DNA from: an uncultured virus (IMG/VR IMGVR_UViG_3300035670_000158)
Taxonomy: Duplodnaviria; Heunggongvirae; Uroviricota; Caudoviricetes
Reading direction: 5' to 3' (one strand)
Virus record (IMG/VR): IMGVR_UViG_3300035670_000158
Span: 51,251 to 71,250 of that record
DNA length: 20,000 nt
Shown: positions 1 through 8,631 of the stretch, in pieces
How positions within the stretch are numbered: the first letter of the stretch is position 1
How the letters are laid out: every line of letters begins with the position of its first letter
Translations under genes and position numbers: made by a program
Notes under the pieces: generated by a model
The model's database searches: none
What the model saw: only the letters and a program-made list of their open reading frames with translations
Told to the model about the DNA's origin: nothing

Positions 1-90
1 GAATCTGGAGATGATCCTCCTGTAAGGAGGAAAAAGAAAAGGTACATTTCTCTAGGAACAGGAAGCAGATCCAGATGGACTGTCAAATAA
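1..90 (+). CDS. 3' end of hypothetical protein (partial)
   Basis: Frame 1 is open from the window start (ESGDDPPVRRKKKRYISLGTGSRSRWTVK*), TAA at 88-90, overlapping the next ORF start. Confidence 0.55.
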   Translation, partial: ESGDDPPVRRKKKRYISLGTGSRSRWTVK

Positions 91-479
91 AAGTAGCCGT
101 TTTGGAAGAAAAGGTCGATCATTTTGAGCGACTTGTTTCAAAATTAGATTCTGCAATTGAAAAAATTGCAGAGGTAAATAATACTGTGTCAAGGATGCTA
201 GCCGTCCATGAAGAAAGAATTACAAAGCAGGAAGAAACTGACGAACTATTATTTACTAAAGTTGACAAACTCCGTGATAAAGTGGACAGCGATAATGAGT
301 CACTATCTACAAGAGTTTCGTTACTAGAAAAAAAACTTTGGATATCAATAGCCATTGTTGGTTTGATAATGGTTGCCACTAATCCAAAATCTTTAGAGCA
401 TGTAAAGGATATGATGACATCTAACAGCAAACCTGCTATAATGGCAGTACACGCTAAGACTGTGGATGGATCACATTGA
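75..479 (+). CDS. hypothetical coiled-coil protein with C-terminal hydrophobic segment
   Basis: 134-aa ORF, heptad-like pattern, LWISIAIVGLIMVAT hydrophobic stretch, overlaps primase start. Confidence 0.75.
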   Translation: MDCQIKVAVLEEKVDHFERLVSKLDSAIEKIAEVNNTVSRMLAVHEERITKQEETDELLFTKVDKLRDKVDSDNESLSTRVSLLEKKLWISIAIVGLIMVATNPKSLEHVKDMMTSNSKPAIMAVHAKTVDGSH

Positions 480-1437
480 TGCAAAATATATTGGACTGCT
501 CTCTTCACGACTGGATAAGTTCAAGAAAGTAAAGAATAACTTATACAATTTTAGATGTCCAATTTGTGGTGATTCGAAAAGGAATAAGAACAAAACACGG
601 GGATATATTTACGCAGTAAAGGCAAATACAAACTTCAAGTGTCATAACTGTGGATCTTCCATGTCTTTCAATACTTTTTTGAAGAAACTTGATGTTACTT
701 TACACAAACAGTATGCTTTAGAAAAATTTAAGGAAGGATTTACTGGTAAGAATTTTGTAGTCGAAGAACCAAAATTTGTTTACACTAAACCAGTATTTCG
801 CAAAAAAGTAAATTTGCCCAAAGCATCAGAGGTAGAAGTCGCAAAAAAGTATCTTGAGGCACGAAAGATCGATGCCTCAAAATTTTACTATGCCGAAAAA
901 TTTAAGACTTGGGTAAATACGATAAAACCTACGTTTGAGTTTACCCAACATTATGATATTGGACGGATTGTGATTCCTATATTTTACAATCAAAGTTTAG
1001 TTGGATTACAGGGAAGAAGTATAGAACCAAATCCTGTTAAATATATCACTATAATGTTTGACGATGATGCACCAAAAATCTATGGACTCGATGGGATTCA
1101 AAAAGACAAGACTGTTTACGTTACAGAAGGACCATTTGACAGCACGTTCATTTGCAATGCGATTGCTATGTGCGGAGCTGACGGTGATGTTGGTAAGTGG
1201 GGTATTAGCAATCCTGTTTGGGTATACGATAACGAACCACGTAATACAGAAATCGTATCAAGAATTTCCCGTGTTATCGAAATGGGACAAAAAGTTGTCA
1301 TCTGGCCTTCATCAATAACTGAAAAAGATATAAATGATATGGTGATGGCTGGACATAATGTTCAGACTCTGATAGAATCAAATACCTATTCTGGTCTAGA
1401 AGCAACTCTCAAATTTAACCTTTGGAAGAAGATATGA
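466..1437 (+). CDS. 61: T4-like DNA primase (gp61)
   Basis: Zn-finger CPICGDS...FKCHNC; TOPRIM motifs YVTEGPFDS, YDNE, KDINDM; next to nrdA. Confidence 0.95.
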   Translation: MDHIDAKYIGLLSSRLDKFKKVKNNLYNFRCPICGDSKRNKNKTRGYIYAVKANTNFKCHNCGSSMSFNTFLKKLDVTLHKQYALEKFKEGFTGKNFVVEEPKFVYTKPVFRKKVNLPKASEVEVAKKYLEARKIDASKFYYAEKFKTWVNTIKPTFEFTQHYDIGRIVIPIFYNQSLVGLQGRSIEPNPVKYITIMFDDDAPKIYGLDGIQKDKTVYVTEGPFDSTFICNAIAMCGADGDVGKWGISNPVWVYDNEPRNTEIVSRISRVIEMGQKVVIWPSSITEKDINDMVMAGHNVQTLIESNTYSGLEATLKFNLWKKI

Positions 1438-3731
1438 GCAACGGTATCAAAGTTACAAAACGAGATGGAAGAATCGAATCAATTGATTTGAACAAGATGC
1501 ATCTCATGGTTGAGGAGGCGTGTAGAGGTCTTGCAGGAGTCTCTGCATCTCAAGTAGAAATGCAATCAGGCATTCAGTTTTATGATGGCATTACTACATC
1601 GGAGGTGCAAGAAATTCTTATTCGTAGTGCTTCTGACTTGATTGATCTTGATCATCCAAATTATCAATATGTTGCTGCAAGGTTGCTTTTGTTCTCTCTT
1701 CGTAAGGGTCTATATGGTAGAACCAGAGAACTGCCTACGTTGAATGAGCATATTACAAAACTTGCATATCAGGGATTGTATGATAAAGAAGTTTTCCAGA
1801 AGTATTCTTCTGAAGAGATTGATCGTGCTGATTCGTTCATCGATCACGATCGTGATTTTATGTTCACTTATGCTGGTTTACGTCAAGTTGTTGACAAATA
1901 TTTGGTGCAGGACAGATCATCTGGGGCAGTTTATGAAACACCTCAATTTATGTACATGATGATTGCCTTGACAATCTTTCAAGAGTATCCAAAAGAAACC
2001 CGTCTTTCTTACGTAAAAAGGTACTACGATGCAATCTCAAGACACAGAATCAACATTCCTACGCCAATCATGGCAGGTGTTAGAACCCCACTTCGCCAAT
2101 TTGCAAGTTGCGTTCTTGTTGATGTTGATGACACCCTTGATAGCATCTTCAGCTCTGATATGGCAATTGGTCGCTATGTTGCTCAAAGAGCAGGAATTGG
2201 TATCAACGCAGGTCGTATCAGGGGCATCAATGCTAAAATCAGAGGCGGAGAAGTTCAGCATACGGGTATTATCCCATTCCTCAAAAAGTTTGAGGCAACT
2301 GTTAGATGCTGTACACAAAACGGGATTCGCGGTGGAAGTGCTACTGTCCACTTTCCAATCTGGCACCAAGAAATAGAAGACATCATTGTATTAAAAAACA
2401 ACAAAGGAACTGAAGATAACCGTGTTCGTAAGTTAGACTACTCTATCCAAATCAGCAAACTGTTCTATGAACGATTCATTCAAGACGGAGAAATCTCACT
2501 CTTCTCTCCTCACGACGTTCCTGGTCTGTATGATGCTTTTGGCACTGATCGATTTGACGATCTATATGTGGGTTATGAACGAGATACAACTATTCCAAGA
2601 AAGACTGTTAGAGCACAGGGACTCATTCTGGATCTTCTGAAAGAACGTGCTGAAACTGGTCGTATTTACATTATGAATATTGACCATTGCAATTCGCACT
2701 CTTCTTTTAAAGATAAAGTGAACATGAGTAATCTTTGTCAAGAGATCACTCTTCCAACTGACCCTCTTCAGCACATTGATGATAGTATGGGTGAGATTGC
2801 CTTGTGTATTCTCTCCGCTATCAATGTTGGCAAAGTGAAATCTGATGAAGAACTTGCCGATCTTTGCGATCTTTCTGTTCGTTCTCTTGATGAGTTGATT
2901 GACTATCAAGAATACCCTGTAAAGGCAGCAGAGATTGCCACCAAGGCACGTCGTTCCCTTGGTGTAGGATTTATTGGTCTAGCTCATTATTTGGCAAAAC
3001 TTGGTTACAAATATGAGTCTCAAGAAGCATGGGATGCAATTCATAAGTTGTCTGAAAGCTTCCAGTACTATCTTCTGGTAGCTTCAAACCAACTTGCGAA
3101 AGAAAAAGGACATTGCGAATACTTTGGTCGTACTAAGTACTCTGATGGTATTTTGCCTATTGATACATACAAAAAAGATGTAGACGAAATTAGTAACCCA
3201 GAGTATCAACATGATTGGGAAACACTTAGAGCATCTATCCTGGAACACGGTCTTAGGCACTCAACACTGTCCGCACAGATGCCATCGGAGAGCAGTTCCG
3301 TTGTGTCAAATGCAACTAATGGAATCGAGCCACCTAGAGACTACTTGTCCGTTAAAAAATCAAAGAAGGGCCCTCTCAAACAAATCGTTCCTGGGTATCA
3401 CAACCTCAAAAACAACTATACTCTTCTTTGGGACATGCCTGACAACAGTGGGTATATTAATATTGTTGCTGTGATGCAGAAGTTTTTTGACCAATCAATT
3501 TCTGGAAATTGGTCCTACAATCCAGAGCATTATCCAGATAGTGAAGTTCCAACTTCAGTTATGGCAAAAGACCTTTTGACTACATATAAGTACGGTTGGA
3601 AGACCTCTTACTATCAAAATACAAATGATCAGAAAACCGATGAAGTAGAGGACAAATCTGTTAAACTAGAAGCACTGATGTCCGAACTAGAAAACGTCAA
3701 CGAAGGGGAGTGTGAGTCTTGTGCAGTATAA
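1434..3731 (+). CDS. nrdA: class Ia ribonucleotide reductase alpha subunit
   Basis: N-terminal ATP cone (VTKRDG), ASCVL, SNLCQEI active site, SYY tyrosine pair, C-terminal CESC; ATG at 1434 overlaps primase stop (ATGA). Confidence 0.98.
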   Translation: MSNGIKVTKRDGRIESIDLNKMHLMVEEACRGLAGVSASQVEMQSGIQFYDGITTSEVQEILIRSASDLIDLDHPNYQYVAARLLLFSLRKGLYGRTRELPTLNEHITKLAYQGLYDKEVFQKYSSEEIDRADSFIDHDRDFMFTYAGLRQVVDKYLVQDRSSGAVYETPQFMYMMIALTIFQEYPKETRLSYVKRYYDAISRHRINIPTPIMAGVRTPLRQFASCVLVDVDDTLDSIFSSDMAIGRYVAQRAGIGINAGRIRGINAKIRGGEVQHTGIIPFLKKFEATVRCCTQNGIRGGSATVHFPIWHQEIEDIIVLKNNKGTEDNRVRKLDYSIQISKLFYERFIQDGEISLFSPHDVPGLYDAFGTDRFDDLYVGYERDTTIPRKTVRAQGLILDLLKERAETGRIYIMNIDHCNSHSSFKDKVNMSNLCQEITLPTDPLQHIDDSMGEIALCILSAINVGKVKSDEELADLCDLSVRSLDELIDYQEYPVKAAEIATKARRSLGVGFIGLAHYLAKLGYKYESQEAWDAIHKLSESFQYYLLVASNQLAKEKGHCEYFGRTKYSDGILPIDTYKKDVDEISNPEYQHDWETLRASILEHGLRHSTLSAQMPSESSSVVSNATNGIEPPRDYLSVKKSKKGPLKQIVPGYHNLKNNYTLLWDMPDNSGYINIVAVMQKFFDQSISGNWSYNPEHYPDSEVPTSVMAKDLLTTYKYGWKTSYYQNTNDQKTDEVEDKSVKLEALMSELENVNEGECESCAV

Positions 3732-4317
3732 AGACTTATTTTTGGGAGTGCGACAGTACGACTGTGATTTGAGCGAAGATGATTGTGCGAATATTATAGA
3801 AATTAGTAAGAGTGCAATAAGAGATCCTTACATGCCAGGATTTCAGTTCTCTATATTTGGCACTCCTGGTGTTAAAAGTTTAGGACCAACTAAACATAAA
3901 GGAGTTGATCATCCAAGTGTACATAGAGTTCGTGAGTCTTTTGTTAAGTGTTGTAAAAATTATTTTAAAACTGATTATAATAACTATGAATGTTCTGGTT
4001 GGTTTTACTTAGATTGGAAAGATTTCCCTAATAAAGAGTTATACTGGCATCGACATTCTGATACTCCAAATTATACATTGTCTGCTGTTTTATATTTAAC
4101 TCTACCAAAAAATTCTACAACAACTGGATTTTCAAAAAATCCAAGAATTATATATGATACTGGTGATGGTTCTACTATTGAAAATAGTGATATACTTCGT
4201 CTTCCTAAATTAACTCATAAATGGTTTGTTTATCCATCAACTTTGCCACATGTCCCTGGTATCTCTGGGACAAATGAAATGCGTATTTGTATAGCATCAG
4301 ATTTTTGGTTTACATAG
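3712..4317 (+). CDS. putative 2OG-Fe(II) oxygenase-like protein inserted between nrdA and nrdB
   Basis: WHRHSD...LSAVLYL...FVYPSTLPHVP...RICIASDF resembles the HxD/H...H...R double-stranded beta-helix pattern. Confidence 0.6.
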   Translation: MSLVQYKDLFLGVRQYDCDLSEDDCANIIEISKSAIRDPYMPGFQFSIFGTPGVKSLGPTKHKGVDHPSVHRVRESFVKCCKNYFKTDYNNYECSGWFYLDWKDFPNKELYWHRHSDTPNYTLSAVLYLTLPKNSTTTGFSKNPRIIYDTGDGSTIENSDILRLPKLTHKWFVYPSTLPHVPGISGTNEMRICIASDFWFT

Positions 4318-4327
4318 GAGAAAAAGA

Positions 4328-5506
4328 GTGCAGTTTAAACTAAACACAAAAGGAGAATCCAAAATGGTTGATGGTATTACCGTTTTCAACCAAAAACAAG
4401 TAAATACTAAAAAACAACCAATGTTTTTTGGACAACCACTAGGAATACAACGATACGATTCTTACAAATACCCAATCTTCGATAAACTTACAACTCAACA
4501 ACTTGGATATTTTTGGAGACCTGAAGAGGTTTCTCTTCAAAAAGATCGTGCCGATTATCAAACTCTTAGATCAGAACAAAAACATATCTTTACATCAAAC
4601 CTGAAATATCAAGTTATGCTTGATAGCGTTCAGGGTAGAGGTCCTGGTATGGCGTTTATTCCATATTGTTCATTGCCCGAATTAGAGGCAGCAATGACGG
4701 TATGGGAGTTTATGGAAATGATTCATTCTCGTTCATATACTTACATCATCAAGAATGTTTATGCAAATCCCAGTGAGGTTTTTGATAAAATTTTGACTGA
4801 TGATCGCATTTTAGAACGTGCGGAAAGTGTGACGGAATCCTATAATGACTTCATCAATGAGGCACATCTTTATGACTCTTCAAATGCTTGGATTCATGCA
4901 AATGAGGGTGTCGATTCCGCACGATTCACTAAGTTTGAACTCAAACGCAAACTATTCAGGGCAATTGCCAATGTGAATGTATTAGAAGGTATAAGATTTT
5001 ATGTGTCATTTGCATGTTCTTTTGCCTTTGGTGAACTCAAACTCATGGAAGGATCTGCTAAAATTATATCCCTTATCGCCAGGGATGAAAACCAACATCT
5101 AGTTCTCACTCAAAATATTATTAATAAGTGGGCAGAGGGTGATGACCCTGAAATGAAGCAGATCTTTGAAGAAGAACAAGAGTGGTTGTATGCTCTATTT
5201 GATCGTGCCGTAAACGAAGAAAAACGTTGGGCACAATACTTGTTCAAAGATGGTAGTATGATTGGGTTGAACGACAAACTTCTACATCAATACGTTGAAT
5301 GGATTGCAAACCGCCGCCTCAAGGCAATTGGTCTAAAACCAAAGTATGATATTGCTGCAAAGAATAATCCACTTCCTTGGACACAGCATTGGATTTCTTC
5401 AAAAGGACTCCAAGTTGCCCCTCAAGAAACAGAAGTGGAATCATATATTGTAGGTGGTATCAAACAAGATGTTACAAAAAACACCTTTACAGGATTTCAA
5501 CTATAG
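4328..5506 (+). CDS. nrdB: class Ia ribonucleotide reductase beta subunit
   Basis: FWRPEEV, LDSVQGR, EMIHSRSY, LEGIRFYVSF, RDENQH, APQETEVESY; GTG start after AGGAG (alternative ATG at 4364). Confidence 0.98.
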   Translation: MQFKLNTKGESKMVDGITVFNQKQVNTKKQPMFFGQPLGIQRYDSYKYPIFDKLTTQQLGYFWRPEEVSLQKDRADYQTLRSEQKHIFTSNLKYQVMLDSVQGRGPGMAFIPYCSLPELEAAMTVWEFMEMIHSRSYTYIIKNVYANPSEVFDKILTDDRILERAESVTESYNDFINEAHLYDSSNAWIHANEGVDSARFTKFELKRKLFRAIANVNVLEGIRFYVSFACSFAFGELKLMEGSAKIISLIARDENQHLVLTQNIINKWAEGDDPEMKQIFEEEQEWLYALFDRAVNEEKRWAQYLFKDGSMIGLNDKLLHQYVEWIANRRLKAIGLKPKYDIAAKNNPLPWTQHWISSKGLQVAPQETEVESYIVGGIKQDVTKNTFTGFQL

Positions 5507-5513
5507 GAGAATC

Positions 5514-5690
5514 ATGTTAATCGAAAATGCATCAAAAGACATCTGGACTGAAGTGTACCTTTCATGGAAAGGTGCTACTTTATCTGAAAAACAAATTCAA
5601 CTTCTAACAGAAGGACCTAAGTCTCTAACAGATGCTTGGGCTCTTGGTGCAATGCACAACGAATACAAGAAACATTTTGTTCGAGAGTGA
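5514..5690 (+). CDS. small hypothetical protein
   Basis: AGGAG RBS before ATG 5514; 58 aa MLIENASKDIW... Confidence 0.7.
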   Translation: MLIENASKDIWTEVYLSWKGATLSEKQIQLLTEGPKSLTDAWALGAMHNEYKKHFVRE

Positions 5691-5693
5691 TCA

Positions 5694-5849
5694 ATGCCTA
5701 GAAATTTTCTTTCAAAACAGGAGATGAAAATTAGGGTTCTAAAATTAAAAAATAGTTTATACGAAGAACACAGATCTGAGCATGATAAAGAACTTGCCCA
5801 CAAGTACTTGAATCAGGTTCTTGACATTCTTGAAGAATATAGAGAGTAA
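5694..5849 (+). CDS. small hypothetical protein (51 aa, not in ORF track)
   Basis: MPRNFLSKQEMKIRVLKLKNSLYEEHRSEHDKELAHKYLNQVLDILEEYRE*; fills the gap between neighbours. Confidence 0.7.
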   Translation: MPRNFLSKQEMKIRVLKLKNSLYEEHRSEHDKELAHKYLNQVLDILEEYRE

Positions 5850-5876
5850 ATAAATACCTCCATCTTGGAGGTATTT
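5849..5876 (+). promoter_or_regulatory. T4-type late promoter overlapping an RBS-sequestering hairpin
   Basis: AATAAATA at 5849-5856; 11-bp stem AAATACCTCCA (5852-5862)/TGGAGGTATTT (5866-5876) buries GGAGGT of the gene at 5881. Confidence 0.7.
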
Positions 5877-5880
5877 TATT

Positions 5881-6228
5881 ATGCGCCCACAATCAGCAAA
5901 AGCAAAAGGTCGCCGCCTTCAGCAGTGGGTAAGAGATAAACTGGTAGAGTGTCTTCATATTCATCCAGAAGACATTGAGTCTCGTAGCATGGGAGCAGGC
6001 GGTGAAGACCTTATTATGGCTAGAGCAGCCAGGTCAAAGTTTCCCCATAGTATTGAATGTAAGAATGTTGAAAAACTAAATATCTGGGATGCCTATGAGC
6101 AAGCATCTGCCAACTGTGGTGATTACGAACCTATCGTTGTGATGAAAAAGAACGGAAAGAAACCATTGGTTGTAGTGGACGCAGAGTATTACATTCAACT
6201 ATTCGGAGACAAAGATGGCACGAATTGA
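5881..6228 (+). CDS. PD-(D/E)XK nuclease, Holliday-junction resolvase-like
   Basis: SAKAKGRRLQ...GEDL...IECKN motif order typical of Hjc-like phage nucleases. Confidence 0.75.
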   Translation: MRPQSAKAKGRRLQQWVRDKLVECLHIHPEDIESRSMGAGGEDLIMARAARSKFPHSIECKNVEKLNIWDAYEQASANCGDYEPIVVMKKNGKKPLVVVDAEYYIQLFGDKDGTN

Positions 6229-6919
6229 TCTTCATAACTTTTTTAAACATTACGACGAAAACAATCCAAAGCATGTAGAAGCTGTTAGATATTTTGAGGA
6301 TGCTCTTAATAAAAAAGCACCAGAAGAAATGGAAGATTCTTCTGGGTGGGTTGTGACATATAGAAGTCAACCAAACAAACCAAAATCAAATATTCTTGAT
6401 GTGCCTTTCTTTCCACAGACAGACAATTATAGAGATGCTAATCGCACCTGTAATTCATCTGCCTGTGCCATGGTGTTAGAATACTTCAAACCAGGCACAC
6501 TCAAAGGAGCAAAAGGCGACGACGCTTATGTTCAAAAAGTCTTTTCAATCGGGGATACCACAGATCACTTGGTTCAAACTCGTGCTCTTGCGTCTTATGG
6601 AATTAAGTCAAGTTTCAGTTATTCCCTTACTTTTGCTGATCTTGATAGAGAGCTTGCCGCTGGCAGACCTGTTGTTATTGGCATTCTTCATAGGGGCACT
6701 CTATCTAATCCGACAGGAGGACATATGTTAGTTGTCATTGGCAAAACGCCATCAGGTGATTACATTGTTAACGACCCCTATGGTAGTCTCAATGACGGTT
6801 ACACCAGTGCCGTAAGCAACGGTAAGGGTGCAGTGTATAAGCGTAGTGTGTTGGCACGTAGATGGTGCCCAGCTGGCAATGATGGATGGGGTAGAATCTT
6901 TGATGCAAAAAAGGCGTAA
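6215..6919 (+). CDS. C39-like cysteine peptidase (putative cell-wall hydrolase)
   Basis: VPFFPQTDN...RTCNSSACAM (Cys), GGHMLVVIG (His), VNDPYG (Asp). Confidence 0.85.
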   Translation: MARIDLHNFFKHYDENNPKHVEAVRYFEDALNKKAPEEMEDSSGWVVTYRSQPNKPKSNILDVPFFPQTDNYRDANRTCNSSACAMVLEYFKPGTLKGAKGDDAYVQKVFSIGDTTDHLVQTRALASYGIKSSFSYSLTFADLDRELAAGRPVVIGILHRGTLSNPTGGHMLVVIGKTPSGDYIVNDPYGSLNDGYTSAVSNGKGAVYKRSVLARRWCPAGNDGWGRIFDAKKA

Positions 6920-6959
6920 GCTCCACTCTTGACGGTATTCCCGTAAAGGGACTGGAGCT
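6907..6959 (+). other. putative programmed -1 ribosomal frameshift signal
   Basis: In-frame slippery heptamer A_AAA_AAG at 6907-6913, 5-nt spacer, then stem-loop 6919-6959. Confidence 0.8.
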
Positions 6960-7395
6960 GATCAAAGAGTTTGAAGGATGCCATCTTTCAGCATACCCAG
7001 ACCCATTTACAGGAAATCTTCCCATCACCATAGGTTGGGGAAGCACCAGAGACTTCAACGGCAAACCATTCAAACTTGGTGATAAGATTTCACAAAAGGT
7101 TGCTGATGATTTGCTCATCAGTCAAATCAAGCGGGAGTTTATTCCTGCCCTGTCTAAGATACCTTACTGGAGTGAAATGAATGACAATCAACGAGGAGCA
7201 CTTTTATCATTTGCTTACAATCTCGGTGCTCGCTTTTACAATTCAAGCAATTTCAATACTATTTCTCGCAATTTGCGTGAGAAAAATTGGGCAGCAATCC
7301 CAAAAACATTAGAGATGTATCGCAATCCTGGTAGCAGTGTAGAGGCAGGATTGCTCAGAAGAAGAAAGGCAGAGGGTAAACTTTGGATAAGTTAA
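6913..7395 (+). CDS. GH24 (phage lysozyme) domain in the -1 frame, probably fused to the C39 peptidase
   Basis: GLELIKEFEGCHLSAYPDPFTGNLPITIGWG (E-x8-D...T), QRGALLSFAYNLG, GLLRRRKAEGKLW; in-frame TGA at 6901-6903 and no ATG/GTG/TTG before the catalytic Glu. Confidence 0.85.
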   Translation, partial: GVSSTLDGIPVKGLELIKEFEGCHLSAYPDPFTGNLPITIGWGSTRDFNGKPFKLGDKISQKVADDLLISQIKREFIPALSKIPYWSEMNDNQRGALLSFAYNLGARFYNSSNFNTISRNLREKNWAAIPKTLEMYRNPGSSVEAGLLRRRKAEGKLWIS

Positions 7396-7637
7396 TCATC
7401 CATCTTTGCTTTTAGTCCAAGTAGAGCAGTAAACAAAGTAAATAACGCATTATATCCTCTACTCTCAGACTCTTTGCAGTCTAAGGGTGGAGGATTTACT
7501 AATCCACCTAAAGCATCTGCTCTTTCCATGGAACCTGGAACCATAAAATTGCAGTTTGCAAAAGTAATACCAACGTATCCTAGTGTTCCTATTACAAGAG
7601 TGACAATGAGTTTATCAAGTAGCTTTAGATTTTTCAT
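7392..7637 (-). CDS. small two-TM membrane protein (holin-like candidate)
   Basis: 81 aa, two hydrophobic segments; minus-strand late promoter AATAAATA at 7666-7659. Confidence 0.65.
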   Translation of the reverse strand: MKNLKLLDKLIVTLVIGTLGYVGITFANCNFMVPGSMERADALGGLVNPPPLDCKESESRGYNALFTLFTALLGLKAKMDD

Positions 7638-7677
7638 CTTGCTTCTTGCTGACAGGTCTATTTATTTGGAGGGGGTC

Positions 7678-7707
7678 TTGACAAACCCCTAAATACTCAC
7701 TTATAAT
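7678..7707 (+). promoter_or_regulatory. sigma70-type promoter with embedded late-promoter-like CTAAATA
   Basis: TTGACA 7678-7683, 18 nt, TATAAT 7702-7707; CTAAATA 7689-7695. Confidence 0.7.
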
Positions 7708-7737
7708 GAATTTTCGTCATTAGTCCTTGACGTGTCT

Positions 7738-7803
7738 TAGAGCCGTGGGATCTGCCCTCTGAGAAGAGGGAAGTGCGCTTTTCCTATACGGATGTAGAGT
7801 TCA
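7738..7803 (+). ncRNA. candidate structured 5' leader of rlpA
   Basis: CCCTCT-GAGA-AGAGGG GNRA hairpin (7755-7770) enclosed by CCGTGGGA (7743-7750)/TCCT-at-ACGG (7782-7791). Confidence 0.4.
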
Positions 7804-7813
7804 ATCGAATTTA

Positions 7814-8176
7814 ATGCTTTTCAAATCACTTTCAATTCTCGCCATTGCCGCTGCAGGACTAGCACCCCTTCAGGCAAAGGCAGCGAGCGGATGTTCCCTC
7901 GCATCACATTATGGAGTCGGTGATGGATATCATGGGCAGACAACTGCAAATGGTGAAAGATATAACGCTTATGGAAAATCAGTAGCACATAAATGGCTTC
8001 CTTTTGGAACCAGATTGAGAGTTACAAATCAACGAAATGGTAAGTCAGTAATTGTGCGTGTAAATGATCGCGGTCCCTACGTTGGTGGGAGAGACCTTGA
8101 CTTGTCTTATGGTGCGTTCTCTTCTATTGCTCACCCAGGTCAAGGCGTTACTAGCGTCTGTTATTCAAGGGTCTAA
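7814..8176 (+). CDS. rlpA: RlpA-like lytic transglycosylase (DPBB domain) with signal peptide
   Basis: ASHYG...TANGERY...AHKWLPFGT...VRVNDRGPY...DLDLS; hydrophobic N-terminus ending AKA. Confidence 0.9.
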   Translation: MLFKSLSILAIAAAGLAPLQAKAASGCSLASHYGVGDGYHGQTTANGERYNAYGKSVAHKWLPFGTRLRVTNQRNGKSVIVRVNDRGPYVGGRDLDLSYGAFSSIAHPGQGVTSVCYSRV

Positions 8177-8192
8177 TTGAATACTAAATATT

Positions 8193-8220
8193 GGGGAGTG
8201 CTGCAGACCTCCCCTTTTTT
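8193..8220 (+). terminator. Rho-independent terminator
   Basis: GGGGAG...CTCCCC stem followed by TTTTTT. Confidence 0.7.
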
Positions 8221-8631
8221 ATGTTTAATTTCGGAAAGAAAAAACCCGATATAAAACAATACGCAATTGTAGGAGTCGTATTATCTTCTATTATTGCAGT
8301 TCTTTCGCAGTGTACCGGAATTCATGAGAACAATCTTTGGGATTTGTTTGATGAGATTCAAAGAAAGTATTTTCCACAAACTATGTTGAATGAGTTTATA
8401 CTTAAAGATCCTGATAAACTGAATCGTAGAATTCAAAGAGATGTTGATAAAGCAATCAATAATGTAACACCAGAGTATGATCGGATTATTTCCGATTATA
8501 CCCGAAAATATCAACCAAAATATGTGGAAGAACAAAATGACGAGACTGTGTGCTATACTAATGAATGTAAATCGTTAGCACCTCCCATGAGAATCTGTGC
8601 TCCTTGGGTTGACACCTGCCCTAAGGACTGA
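8221..8631 (+). CDS. hypothetical membrane-anchored protein
   Basis: ATG 8221 (MFNFGKKK), basic N-terminus, hydrophobic helix, Cys-rich C-terminus; ACTAAATA at 8183-8190. Confidence 0.7.
   Translation: MFNFGKKKPDIKQYAIVGVVLSSIIAVLSQCTGIHENNLWDLFDEIQRKYFPQTMLNEFILKDPDKLNRRIQRDVDKAINNVTPEYDRIISDYTRKYQPKYVEEQNDETVCYTNECKSLAPPMRICAPWVDTCPKD

Noticed and set aside
1434..5506. Introns or inteins in nrdA/nrdB
   Set aside because: Both ORFs are continuous, of normal length, with motifs in the expected order
7111..7395. Stand-alone 94-aa lysozyme starting at TTG 7111
   Set aside because: It lacks the catalytic E-x8-D...T region, which lies upstream in the same frame; better explained as part of the frameshift product
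8191..8220. N-terminal extension of the 8221 ORF from TTG 8191
   Set aside because: The extension coincides with a terminator hairpin; ATG 8221 is more plausible
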